Shown: positions 32,501-45,477 of the stretch, in pieces | How the letters are laid out: every line of letters begins with the position of its first letter | How positions within the stretch are numbered: the stretch's first letter is position 1 | Assembly: GCF_031769215.1 (NCBI RefSeq) | Contig: NW_026782376.1 | Location: forward strand, 1,302,001 to 1,366,000 | DNA: 64,000 nucleotides | Direction of reading: 5' to 3' | Origin: Ylistrum balloti | Taxonomy: Eukaryota | Program-made: the position numbers and the translations under genes | The notes under the pieces: generated by a model | Databases searched by the model: none | Told to the model about the DNA's origin: nothing | The model's input: only the letters and a program-made list of their open reading frames with translations

Positions 32501-34981
32501 ACTCAGGAATTTTGTAGTGAGGGCACCTAAGGCTCTACTTGCTGACTTGGATAATTCCTGGATTGCTACTTTGAATGTGAGATGTTCGTCGAACCAGAGA
32601 CCTAGATATTTATATCTATCTGAGATAGTAACTGTGGTACCGTCGAGTGTAAAATTACATGTAGTGCGAGGTTGGTTAATATGACGGAAATGGACCACGT
32701 TAGATTTTCCATAATTAACTTTTAAATCCCACTTTGCACACCAATCACCGACGTGGTTAATTACACGTTGTAAATTCTCAGCAGACGGAGCTAACAACAC
32801 AATATCATCAGCGTAAAATAACGACGCAATATTTGTATTATCCACATCAATTCCAAGATTCAGCTGTCGAAGCTCCTTGATCAAATCGTTAATGAATATA
32901 GAGAATAGTGGCACTAAGACAATGAAAGATGAACGCACCAGGTGATACTAACGCACTGGGCGTCACTGATCTGTGGCACTAAGACAATGAAAGATGAACG
33001 CACCAGGTGATACTAACGCACTGGGCGTCACTGATCTGTGGCACTAAGACAATGAAAGATGAACGCACCAGGTGATACTAACGCACTGGGCGTCACTGAT
33101 CTGTGGCACTAAGACAATGAAAGATGAACGCACCAGGTGATACTAACGCACTGGGTATCACTGATCAGTGGAACTAAATACAAACGGGAACATCATCGTT
33201 CGGATAGAATAATAGTGATCGGAGTTTATAATTACAACTTTCTCATCATAATTTTATTATACTTATTGACCAACCGCACAATAAGTCGATATTTAGAACC
33301 TTATACTGCAAATATGCTTGAAACATTATTCGAAACAGCTTGTTTACTGATTATGAAATTAGAGACCCGAGCATCTCCTTTTCGGACTCATTAAAAGAAA
33401 AAATAAGCCAGGACAGATACAATTTGTTGGTAGATTTGAAGAAACCATTTATATCACACCATTTTATCAATACAAATTGTTTTCGTTTTAGTTCAAAAAT
33501 ATGTCTTCCCTACCTGATGAAAAGTGACAACCCACATATCCTCAATATCAGTCCCCCTCTCAATCTCAGCAGCCACTGGTTCAAAGATCACGTTGGTGAG
33601 TGCGCTTGAGGGCAGGTGTCTTTGATTAAAGGTTATGATAGGCGTTTCCCATACAAATTACAGGTAACATAAATTCATAAAGAAAACTTATTAACATAAA
33701 ACCAACGGGCAAAGTGAAATCAAAACCATGTCAATTTTTTTCTTTCATTCAAACAGTGAATTTACACTTGTTGTATTCAACTATGAATTCCATATTTTAC
33801 CTCGGATCGATAAATGTGCTACTTTTTGCAACTTTTGTATTATTGCTTGACAGCGTATACAATGGCGAAGTACGGGATGTCGATGTGTGTCCTTGGAATG
33901 GCGGAAGAGTTCAGATCCAAGCACGTGGCTGTAAATGCCCTTTGGCCGAGAACTGGTCAGTGTGATGCCTTTTCAAAATTTACATTTCCATTCTATACAA
34001 TATGCAATATTAATTACGAAAGAATGTATGCACATTTTACTTTTTATTATTTTCAAATTTGGAGAAAATCACCTTTATAATCGAAAGTTTTCGGTCTCCG
34101 ATAATATAAGAGACATATGTAAAGCACACATGTATGACATTTATGACAGCATAACTAAAGTCACGGTCTGTGATGTCATATCGATTGTGACGTCATAATT
34201 ATTACATTGAAGTTCTAAGACCAGGCTGAAAACAAACCATACAGTGGCAAATATACTGCCATAACTGCAACATGTTGTAATTGATTTTCAATGTATATTT
34301 TCGTAAACAGCAATATACACAGCTGCTGTCCAGATGATTTGCGCAGACAATAAGGAAATCATTCAAGAATGTCGAAAACCGGAGATAATGGCCGACGCAG
34401 CTCACAATATTCTGACAAAAGACAGTAAATCTTACACAGGGAACTTCGTAATTGACGACCAAATTCTCCGTGATGCTGGGGTGACGGATCTCGACAAATA
34501 TGCCTGTGTACCCGGTAGGTTAATTTGATGGGGGAGAGAGAGAGAGCGCGCGCGCGAGAGAGAGAGGCAGAGATCAAGTGCGTGCGTTGTTTACCACACA
34601 TAACTGTACGAGGTCACTTTTACCATACCGAAAAATGTGTGAATTGCACTTTTTCACTGTCTTAAAATATTACCTCCAGACACAATATGTTCTTGGTAAA
34701 TACACAATAGATAAATAAATATAAAGAAAAATAAATAAATTGATATAAATAAATAGATATTTCGTATTTACTCTTGTTCTCACTAAGAACAAATGCAGAA
34801 AAATAATTAAGCACATTTCTTTACTCTGAAGAATACATGAATATTTGGTTCTCCATCTCTAACTACCATACAATCACAAATATTTGATCTATTTTTCGTC
34901 TTTGATGCAGGGGGGAAACTGTCTCTAGACTTTTTCCTGGAGGGAGACATTCCGGGTCAAGAGCTCATACAACCTGCTTAA
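29518..34981 (+). CDS. HSDL2: HSDL2-like short-chain dehydrogenase paralog, SDR domain only (about 292 aa; no SCP2 domain, no PTS1)
   Basis: Exons 29518-29534 (tentative; MSSQS, phase 2, weak donor), 30080-30246, 30882-31095, 33492-33595, 33854-33955, 34311-34514, 34911-34981, in frame. Motifs TGASRGIG, NNAS, NISPPL, AYTMAKYGMS (YxxxK), NALWPRT; ends LDFFLEGDIPGQELIQPA*. Confidence 0.85.
30401..30735 (+). mobile_element. Internally deleted non-autonomous Helitron-like repeat (same family as 39418-40590)
   Basis: Shares a 5' TGACCTATTGC motif and a 3' ACCGTT(T)AG.CC..TG..CCT motif with 39418-40590. The family assignment is an inference. Confidence 0.45.
31271..31385 (+). repeat. 65-bp tandem array, left part (one partial copy plus one 60-bp copy)
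   Basis: GACAATGAAAGATGAACGCACCA(A/G)GTGATACTAACGCAC unit, the same as at 32908-33177. Confidence 0.92.
31386..32907 (-). mobile_element. Recent 5'-truncated LINE (CR1/L2/Crack-group-like), RT C-terminal half, antisense in intron 3 of the short HSDL2 paralog
   Basis: About 430 uninterrupted codons: LFSIFINDL, FYADDIVLLA, YKYLGLWF, RLRLGCLPLSIETGRY, RLCKHC...EDEIHLLCDCP. The 3' UTR has AATAAA and a (TTGA)4 tail near 31390. Confidence 0.93.
32908..33177 (+). repeat. 65-bp tandem array, right part (4 copies plus a partial)
   Basis: Units start at 32908, 32973, 33038, 33103 and 33168; the first three are identical. Confidence 0.95.
34530..34572 (+). repeat. Compound microsatellite (GA)n(GC)5(GA)n
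   Basis: GGGGGAGAGAGAGAGAGCGCGCGCGCGAGAGAGAGAGG. Confidence 0.85.
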
Positions 34982-36033
34982 GAGATCCGACTTTCTTGGT
35001 GGAAAAATAAAGTGTTTTGTTCTGGACAACTGATTGATTTTTTTTTAGTTTTTACTGTTCAAAGTTGCATCCCTACTAGTGGTTCAGAATTTACTACTTT
35101 GAGGCAAGTTTGGGGTCCTTGCAAAGCTACAGACAGCACGGAGGTATCTATCTTACTGATGACGGGCAATCTTTGGCGATTTAGTTTTAGAGTGGTGGAT
35201 GCACCTGGACTTATGACAGAAAAACGTTTCCAAAAATCAGTCTATGAGAAGTGATTTTTTCGCTCCTCTACGGGGTCAGGAAAATTATCGAAAATAACAC
35301 ATGTAACTATACTTGAAGTATAACAGCTACTTTGTTGTGCAACATTCATATAAGATAATTTCTTACAATACAATATTAAACATGTGACTTTTTTGTACTG
35401 CTGTAAAAAATCATTAATAATAGAATACAAGAGAAATTATTGCATTGACCGAAAACAGCATTAAACGTCTCAGATCATCCTATGAAATTTCACTCGTGCA
35501 AGGTTAAAAAAATCACGTTCCACGATTCTGAACAACGCAGATATCTTTATTTTACGATGATTTTTATGAAACCACACCGCAAACTAGCTTTTTCTACGAA
35601 ATACGATTTAGTTTATCATTATTAAACCTAATCAATTTTATTGAAAATTACGTATCCTCTATCTCCAGTCTCGCATGAAAATTCGCACCATCGTTAATGA
35701 AAGCCCGGTGATACTTTTCTGGTTTGTATTGATGTGAAATAGTATTCAAAGTTTAATCCAAAGTTTAAATAAATAACCATGTTAAATTTACAATTCCTTG
35801 ATTAAAAAAAATAGATGAAGTAAAACAAAAAATGTTTGACTTTCTTTTTCTAACTCGTGGATTTTTCAAACGATTCAATCAAATCTGCATGAAGCTAGGC
35901 GGTTCTGATCAACCTGACTTCATTAATTGTTTAATATACATCTTAACCAAAAGGACTCTCTGGTGAAAATTAGTTTTTTGGCGACCAATACAGATACCAT
36001 ATTTTCGTGTATTTTTTTCTAAATCAGTATTGA

Positions 36034-36069
36034 CAGAGACGTATATAACATGTGTTATATACGTCTCTG
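36034..36069. other. Perfect 17-bp inverted repeat with a 2-nt spacer, upstream of PIGW
   Basis: CAGAGACGTATATAACA-TG-TGTTATATACGTCTCTG. Confidence 0.9.
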
Positions 36070-36365
36070 GTTTTGATAATGATGAATTTTAAATATCGTA
36101 ATTCAGCAAAGCTAAGGTATGTTTGGCATGGTTGTTTTTAGCAATATTCATGGTGCAATATTTTTTCAGTGTGATAGGTCATGTTGACTACCTTTTCCGT
36201 CAAAGTATTATTATAGTGAGAAATGTTGAAGTATTGATTTTTATCGCCAACATTTGCTAAAATGAAGCATTTATATTTCCCGCCATTTGGTAACTCAAAT
36301 TTAAGCGTATATTGGACTAAGATCATAATAAAACATGTCAGCCTCCTGTACTGGAGGTAATCGAG

Positions 36366-39300
36366 ATGTCTACTGGAAATTCGTCATACAAAGAGCTGCA
36401 CGAGCAGTTTGTGAGCGACCATGTTGGTACAACATCTACGGAAGTCTCTGCTCTTTTATCTGCAACTGGAATAACAGTGTTTGCCCGAGTTTGTGTACAG
36501 ACTTTCCTATGGAAAACGACACCTCGTTTCACATGGTAATATTATCTGTCAAATCAGATATAACAACATGTCAAACTCCCACGGCTTCCTTCCTCTCGTA
36601 TAAATTTGATGTTGTATCAACATGTAAGACAAACTAAATCCATTCGGTTTCGGGAATATGAGAAATTTATGACACAGTAAAATGCTATATCAAGATAGTT
36701 ACAACATAAAAAAAATCAGTACATTGTAAGCATTTTGTAACGTAGTAAAAATAGAGCGTACCATTGTTTACAAAAGGATCGTATATCCTGTTTCCCGAAA
36801 CAAAGTCCTTGTGAAACTAACAGAATTCTGCTCCTTATTCCCTTGCTACTAATCTCCACTATACCGAAGGACAGAAATGTATCAAATTGATGAATACCGG
36901 TTGTTCTGTACAATAGCATTCTGTCCAGTTGTCTCATTCCAAGCATTTGGTTGTTATCCAACAAAATTTTGGTCAAGTCACAATTACACCAAAGCCAAGT
37001 CAATATGTACCACTATATGTCCTCACCAACAAAACTGTTGGAGTCCTTACATGATAAAGATATAAAGTTGTACCCAAACTTATTTACTGTGCAACTTGAT
37101 TTGCCCATTGTGTAATATATTTTGATTGGTTGAAGGAAAGCAACCTTCCCATTTTTGCAAGCAAGCATTGCTGCATTTACCTACATTCATTTAGTTTTTT
37201 GTTTTAATCTCTCTCCACCATTTTGTATAGATCTGTAAAATCAGACTGAATGGCCATGATCAAAAGGCCAAAGAAATAAATGCATTTATACAGAATTTTA
37301 TAAATTTTTAAATAACAGAATTTTTTGCTGGCTTTTGGAATTATGAGTACCTACATGAATTATAACAAGAGTAAACTCTACAAAATTGATTTCTAACTTG
37401 ACGCGACTTTTATGATTTAAATGTAAGGTCTGATATAATAGCATCATTACATTAAAATTTGTCTGCAGGATAGGAAATCGTAAAGTTCACGATTCTGAAC
37501 ATCAAAAGTCATTTTTATTAAAAAATATGTATCCTTCTACTCTGTACCCAAAATGTTGATTTTCATACCAATTTTATTTTAGATGTCCTAATATAAAATT
37601 TTGAAATATATATAATTTGCTATGTTACATAACAACCAAAACATAGGTACTTTACTACTTTTGATTTTTTGTATGAAACAACTGGTATGGACAGATTTTG
37701 GTAAACAACTGGCACAACAAAGCAACCCCATCAATATACTGCGCTTTATCTTTTGCAACAGAACATGAACCTTTGTGACAAATGCTTCAGTTAAAGATAT
37801 GTTTGATTTAGTTGGATAGATTGATAAATAATATTTCTTTAAATAACCTGCTAAGTTGACGTTTTATTCATTTAATACAAACTAGATCACCTTTTCTGCT
37901 CAGGTGCAGCTCAGGTAGAAAATACATTGTTTGCTTCTGTTTTTTAATGATATTTTCTGTTTATATAATTAGTCATATTAAAAATGCTTCTGTTTTAGGT
38001 ACACAGTGGCCATTGATCACTTATGCCTGGTGCTTCCCCTTCAACTTTTCTTGACACTTTGGAATGAATATATATTCCTGTGCCAATCATGTATCCTGTT
38101 ACTATCACTGACAGCTGTGATATTAAAACTGAACTCACGACATTTAAAAACCCAATGGCTCAGTTGGGGTGAAATACGAGAAAGACATATTGATCCACAA
38201 CTTTCTTTTATCAACAATTTCCGGGCATATGTGCTCGTCTATACTGCTATTTCCATTCTTGGTGTAGATTTTGTGATATTTCCACGACGGTTCTGTAAAG
38301 CAGAAACCTATGGCACTGGTGTCATGGATACAGGAGTAGGACTATTTGTCATCTCCAATGCTATAGTTTCACCTGAGGCTCGTGGCAAATACAGAAATCC
38401 TGGGTAAGTTTTTTACCTCCATTTTTCAGTCTTAGATGAAACTGAATTGTTATAAGAACTCTTTCTTGTAGTAATAACAATTTATTTTTGAAATATAATG
38501 AAATCATTTGATCAGATTGGGCAGCATGTTGGTTTAAACCTGTGTTTTAAGTGCAAGCTTTAGACAGAGTCCTGGCAGTCTAGTATAGGTAACATGAATT
38601 TCAGCCAATTTTAGATACCACTTAATATTTACATAGAACAAACTTAGTATATATTTATCCAGCAATAAGCCCATGCCTGGTGATAAGCCCATCAATATCC
38701 AATGCTATTCTGAAGAATTAGCAACCAATGGTGTTCCATTGTGTCCTGTAAAAAGCCGACTCAGACTCTGAATTAGAGGTGATATGCTAGCTTTCTGGTC
38801 TTTATTATGACAGTTCCTTAGAAATTTCAAAGAATAAGCAAACAGAAGTTAGAACAATCACTGTGCTTATGGGAAAAACAAATGAGAATATATTTTTTTC
38901 CTCCAAAGAATTTCTGTAAGGAAAAAAGTCAATTTGGCGTATCAGAAAGTTAAATTCAGGGTTTAGACATCCAAAAAAAGTGTTAGCTGTTAATGTCATA
39001 ATCTGCTTATCACATTTTCACCTGACTGCTTATATATAAATGTATGTTTTATAATTGATAGGGTTCGTTGCCTTGTGAACTGTCTCATCTCCTGTTTACC
39101 ATTACTGTTCCTGGGACTGTTGCGATTTGCTGTAACAAAGGGAGCTAATTACCATGAACATGTTTCTGAGTATGGCGTACACTGGAACTTTTTTATCACC
39201 CTGGCTGCTTTGAAGGTCAGTATCAAGATCAAGATGTATCAAGAACAGAATATTAAAAAACAGAATGCTTTAATGTTATGAAATTTAATTATCATTTTCA

Positions 39301-42300
39301 GAATTAATGGTTTATTGAATATTACTTGTACATAGGAATATTCTTGATATGAATATCATCTCCCAGCAGCTTGCAGTACATGTTCAATGAATTCTTGATT
39401 TGCCTAAATAACTAACTTAAGGTCAGCTTATGAGGACACTTGAGGTAAAGTCTCATGGTGACCTATTGCAGTCACCTTTGTCCAGCATCATGTGTCCATA
39501 AACTTTTTAACATTTTTAACTTCTTCTCAAAAAACCCTGAACCAATTTCAATGAAATATTGCAGAAACCTTTCCTAGCCTAAGATGAACCTAAAAAGTGA
39601 ATTGTATGATCCCCTCCCCACTCTGGCCTGAGAGGTTGGCCAAATGGGTCAAATTGACACAAATTTCAAAAATCTTCTTCCCAGGTATGGTAGAATCAAA
39701 TGATCTTCATGAATGGAAGTGTCTTAAGGAGCTTAACCAAAATAGTGAATTTCATGGCCCCAGGGTCTCACATTTCCCCATGGGGAAGGGGGTTAAGTTT
39801 ACTAAAGTTCATATAGGAAAGATAGAATTTTGAGCATAATATGTTTAATTTCTATTAGAAATATTTCAAACTGTTTTAGAAGTATAAGTGTAGGATGGCG
39901 ATTTGATGGTATGCAAGTTTTTAAAAATGAATGACCTTGAATTACTTTCAAGGTTACAGGGGTCAAACGTCTCAGGGTGCTGATATTGGGCCTGTAGCAT
40001 GCTGGGATGAAGGGCTGCCAAGTTGGTTCATATTATTGACCTTGACATCACTTTCATGGTCACAGGTGTTAAATATGTCGAAATCTTTAAACAACTTGTT
40101 ACCAGTAACCAGAAGGCTGAAGGTGCTGAAATTGGGCCTTTGGCATGCTGGGATGAATTGTTACCAATTGTGTTCATGTGATTGACCTTTAAAGATCTTA
40201 AAGATCACAAGCGTATGTTAACATCTTCAAATGACTTCTTAAAAATATAAAGGTCCACTGTTGATAATGATTCTTTAATATAAGTGGATGAAGGTCTACA
40301 GATTTGTTCAAATAATTGACCTTGATATTTAAGATCTCATTTGTTAAGTGAATTGAGATCTTAAAATTCCTTTTTCAACAAGCAAAAGATTTGGTGTAAT
40401 GGCATTAGCGAAGTAGCCTGTATAAAGAAAATGGTGTAAAGTTTGCAGAAGATATTTTTATTAACCAACAATGTCTTCTTTGTAAGCTGTAGAGTAGTTG
40501 AGCAATTTGTTTTAGGCCTATTAAGCCTTTTTCATAAAAAGGAGATACTAAGGTCATTATAGTAAGATGACCGTTAGGCCTGTGAGCCTGATTCCGACTG
40601 CTCTTTCTGGTGGACTACTAAGATTTTTTTCTTTGTGGTAAGTTAAATCATGCAGAAGATAAACTGAAAACTTGTGGCCAAAACAAGGAAGTCTTCTACC
40701 TGTAAGTTATAGTATTGTGCATACTTTTCTAATTTCCTTTGTAAATCATGATGTTGCTGGTACACATGAATTATTATTATTATTATTTTTATCACAGATT
40801 ATGTCAACATTGTTTTACATCTATGTACCCGAGTTCCTGTGGAGCCTGTGTGCTCTTGGTGTGGTAGTGGGGTACCAGTACAGTTTGGACTATGGGGGAG
40901 TAAAGGATTATTTGTTGTTGGGGGAGGACGGAAAAGGCGGCCGCGAGGGACTATTCAATGCCAATAGGGAAGGAATCTTCTCATGTCTTGGGTACTTCGC
41001 ACTTTATGTTTTTGGGACAGAAATAGGAAAAATGATTTTCAGATATGAAAGGTAAGAATATTTTTTATTATCATGGTAAAGTTATTGGTTGTGTAATATT
41101 TTATGTTTATGTATGTAAATGGATAGCATAGGAAGGGGAGATAACTTATGAAGTTTTTTTTAAAAATTGAAGGAACCTGTATGATTTTGTACATATGATC
41201 ATGTAGCCAAAGGACATAGTTCAGACCCTTTCTCTTCTACACGTGATATATTTGTTAGAGTTTTTGTTACAGGTTTCATTAAGTCCTCTGAAGTTTAAAT
41301 GGAACTCATGAAAAATTATAGCCCTTTCAATTTCATATTTAGAGTTTCCTTGTCAAAATCAATTTCTGCATAATTATCTTTGTACGTAAATGTCTTTTAT
41401 TTGTTATCCCATATATTGAAATTTAGTCATAGTTTATTGCTTGTATGAAAAGTTCTCATATGTACTTTAATAAACGTGCCTATTGTAAGTGAAGATACAT
41501 GTATACTGAAATGAAACATTGTACCTTTGTACCGACAGATGGACCATGTCAGCATGGAGAACTCTATTAATTGTCATGATGACAATGTCCGTATTTTTCT
41601 GGGCCATGTATAGTATATCAGCGCTAGCCTATGGAGAACTGGTGTCACGAAGATTTGCTAACCTCACCTATGTTTTATGGATTGTAAGTGACTAAATATA
41701 TCAGCTTAATTTGTTAAACTAGAACAAAAGTGAATTTGAATTAAAAGAATTATACTCGTTATATCCAAGGCTCCATTAAATCTTGTCAAGATGGAATACT
41801 GTATTTTCAAAAGTCAAAGGTAACATATTTGTTGTGAAAACTTGTAAGATGTTCCATGTATGAGGAAGTCCCATTATACTTTCATTTAATTATTTTCTTT
41901 TGTTTCATGAGGATAGTAAACATTACAACTTTAAGTTGTTTTTCCTTACCTATAACTTACAAAATAATTGTACAATACTTACATAAGATAATTAAACAAC
42001 CAGAATAAACTCACATTTCATCAGTAACTCAAAAGAACTGAAAACAACTTCCCTGCAGACATGCACATGCTCAAAATATTACAAAATAACATTCACAATA
42101 CATTACTTACATGTACATTTATCTTCTTTGATTTTCTCTTTTTACAGCTAGCACTGTCCACACAGACCATGTCTGTTTTACTGTTGGTTGATCTTATAGT
42201 GGAATACCTCAGAATTTCAGCAGGTCAGTGTGGTTTTAAAACTAATTCTTGAATTTTTGTGCTGAAATCTAGTTAAGATTCTGTTGGTATGATACATTTA

Positions 42301-43621
42301 GCTGAGGCAAATTTACATGTATATTTTTATGAGAAATTAATGTACTGGGTAACTGTTACATTATACACATGTGAACAATGACCATGTCTGTCAATAAGCA
42401 ATAAATAAGAACAAATGCTAAGAAATTGTCCTGTGGTAATTATTAGGAGTCATGATGTGATGTGTGCTTGTACCCCTGGCCTTCTTACTTGAAAAATATA
42501 GAAAATGTTATGATATACAATTATTGGCATTATTAAGATCACAGACTTTTCAGGGCAGCTTATAGATAGATAGGCCTGCATGCACATAATTACAGAGTTA
42601 TTGCACTTTGTTAAAATTTGTGTTCAGACCATAGCTTTGCTTTCATTTAAAGTAGGATAATGAGACTTGTATATGCTTTAATCATACTAAGAGGCTTTGG
42701 AGAGTACCAAAAGCATGGCCTGCAACCCCTTAATTACAGAGTTATTGCCCTTTGTTTTGTGTTCAGAGCATAACTTTGCTTTCATTTAAGTTAGGATAAT
42801 GAAACTTGGTGGGTATATTGGTTGTACTGATAGCATGCACATTATACTATGTTCAGTGCTTGAAACCCTGTAATTTCAGAATTGTTGCCATTTGTTAAAA
42901 ATTTTTTGACCAATAATGTGGTTTTTGGAGAGCATTCGTCAGTTTTACTATAATAGGAAGATTTGAGAAAAATGATATTCTACCCTGGTCCTGAAGAATG
43001 TTACCTATCTTTCGATCTTTTTATTAATGTAAGAAAATGGCCAATTATTGTATTTGTTTTATGACAAAGCCTTTAAAATGTTCGAATTTAAGCTAAAAAT
43101 AATTTGGTTTTTATTCTAGGTTGTAATTTTGTGATGATTGGAAATTTTCTGTACTATTTCAGATTAGGTAATCAATTTAAAATATTCTCTTGTGTAGGAA
43201 TTTGTCAGTTTCAGATTAAAACCTGCACTTTGTCAAAACCTTTGGGAGACCCTTCACCAATCATAGAACAGTTTTCTCACATAACAAAATGTTTGATTGC
43301 TCATACAGCCACAAATCTATTTTATGTCAGTTTGTACACATCATGACAAAAATTTCCACTTCATGCTGACAAGATCTATCTTGTATTACAGGTGTGACTA
43401 TGCAGACGTTGCCAACCAAAGGTCTTCTCAATGCCATCAACTACAATGGACTCTTTTATTTCCTGTTGTCAAATGTCCTAACTGGATTGGTCAACATCTC
43501 CATGGCAACCATTCATATGACACCGTTGCCAAGCTTCCTCATTCTCACTTTGTACATGTCTAGTCTGTCAGCCATATCTGTTTATTTGTTTGTAAGGAGA
43601 GTAAGATTAAAGTTTTGGTGA
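36366..43621 (+). CDS. PIGW: GPI inositol acyltransferase (GWT1 family), about 477 aa, 7 coding exons
   Basis: Exons 36366-36535, 37999-38403, 39062-39215, 40798-41051, 41539-41683, 42148-42223, 43392-43621, in frame. Motifs [93 protein letters not shown]. Confidence 0.93.
39418..40590 (+). mobile_element. Non-autonomous Helitron-like element with degenerate internal satellite-like repeats, in PIGW intron 3
   Basis: 5' GGTGACCTATTGC...ACATTTTTAACTTCTTCTCAA, internal repeated GCTGA.ATTGGGCCT...GCATGCTGGGATGAA and TTGACCTT motifs, 3' GACCGTTAGGCCTGTGAGCC. Confidence 0.55.
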
Positions 43622-45477
43622 ATCTTGTAGAATATTAAGTGTTGGTTTTTATATACTTGTATTATTGGACTTGGGGGTCATTTTGCTTCTGCCTTTTCCA
43701 AAAAATTCATATCCAAAAATGTTATGGAAAAGTTCTGAAAAATTGTCAATGCAGTGGAGTAGAATTTAGAAAAAGATCCGACATGGCACACCATGGATAA
43801 CCCACAAAATATCATAGTTGTCATGTTTTGTATTATGCCTCTTACAAATTTGTATCCAAGCACTTCTTGGTATGGTACAGTGTTGCATACTATAATCTGA
43901 TAATGTGCCTGACTCGCAACTTTTGGAACATGGCCATAGTTTTATGACCAACATTCTGCCAAATCTTTTGTCTCAACATTCTTGTCACAACTGTGTCACT
44001 AAAATCATGGAGTTGATAACAAAAACAATCAATCAGACCAAAGCAGATTTCAAATATCCTCATCTTGTTTTGAGTAATACACCAAACTATCTAGACCTAT
44101 GGAGGAAAACATTTACTAGTGCATGTTTATGTCTTTGCATTACTTTCCATTTTTGTGCAGTGTTGTGTGCTGAAGTGTGTGGAGTGTACTTTTCAGCTAA
44201 TATGTCAAACGTTAAATATTTTAGAAAAAAATATCATCTTCTTAGGAAACAGGAGATTGATGAAACTGTATATTTATACTGTAGTTTTGATCAGTTTGGT
44301 GGCTGGGTCTAGGTGCTGGTGAAGAGGTGATTCCTAAGCCCTGTCCCTTCAATACGAATCAGCTGGGAGCTTGCCACACACTATCATCTGATCTTTTTTT
44401 TCTTTGTGAGTGGGATCTGATCCCATCTTTTCTCTTCTTTTCTGCTACTTTTGCTCTTAATTGAATTCCCCTGAGAAATGGTGATAGCAAATTAAAGATC
44501 GTTGCCTGTCAGACATTTTCTGATTTGTCCAAAATCAAAAGGGCGTAACTATATAAATATTTATATATATGGGGACCGAGTGAAAATTAAATATGAAGTT
44601 AGAAAAAGATACATCCAGGATCCAAGAATTGGCAATCACCAGAATTGTTTTAAGATGAATATGCACAGCAATTTGAACTAACCATCTCATGATGGGCTAA
44701 AAACTAGAATTAAAACATCAAATTCATCCCAAAATTTTATTGTACAACAGTATTGTATCAAATGTACAATATTCAACTGATGATATACCAGTAAAAATTG
44801 CTACCTTATCAACAAAGTGATTTTGATCACACTTTTTTATAACATAAGTACCTCTGAGTTTTACAGCACAAGGAACATGTTATGCTGTACAATCAAATGA
44901 AATGTACAATGTAATGATTTTATAAAAAAACCTTTTAATCATGAACCTTAACATGTAACTATTTGATATATATATATATACATAGATTTGATAAATAAAT
45001 TGTCACTCAGCACTATCAACTCACGTTAGTATTCAAAACACTCATCAGAACTGAAATGTCACTCGCTTCCTATAAATTTAACATACAATTTTTTTTTCAT
45101 AGACTTCATCACTGCAGACAATCAAAACCTTCCACAGCAATTTTACATCACCATTCATGTAATAATCTAAGATGAAATAGAGTGAATTACACTGTGTAAT
45201 AGCATCTATTTTCGAGAATAATAGGAATTGCAAGGTTTACTGGCAAATTGAAGTAGTCAGGAATATGAGGATTTCAAGAACTGCTACATCAATACACTAA
45301 TTCATTCTTGGTATCTTATCAGAATCAGTCCTTATACACTACTCACTAACGAGCACATTAGATTTAAATATTATATCAACACATTTTCTCTTACACTAGA
45401 AATTCATTTGGTCATCTTCCCTGAAAAATTTTTGTTTTCATTTAGTAGTGTCTGAAAGTTTGCTGGTGGGAAAAACT

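Noticed and set aside
32909-32938. Apparent start of the 440-aa RT ORF (MRSSFIVLVP)
   Set aside because: It is a GTG inside the 65-bp repeat, with an in-frame stop just upstream. The LINE is 5'-truncated, lacks the endonuclease and the N-terminal RT, and is not autonomous.
43905-44312. 135-aa ORF downstream of PIGW
   Set aside because: Non-ATG start, no recognisable motif, located in probable 3' UTR or intergenic sequence.
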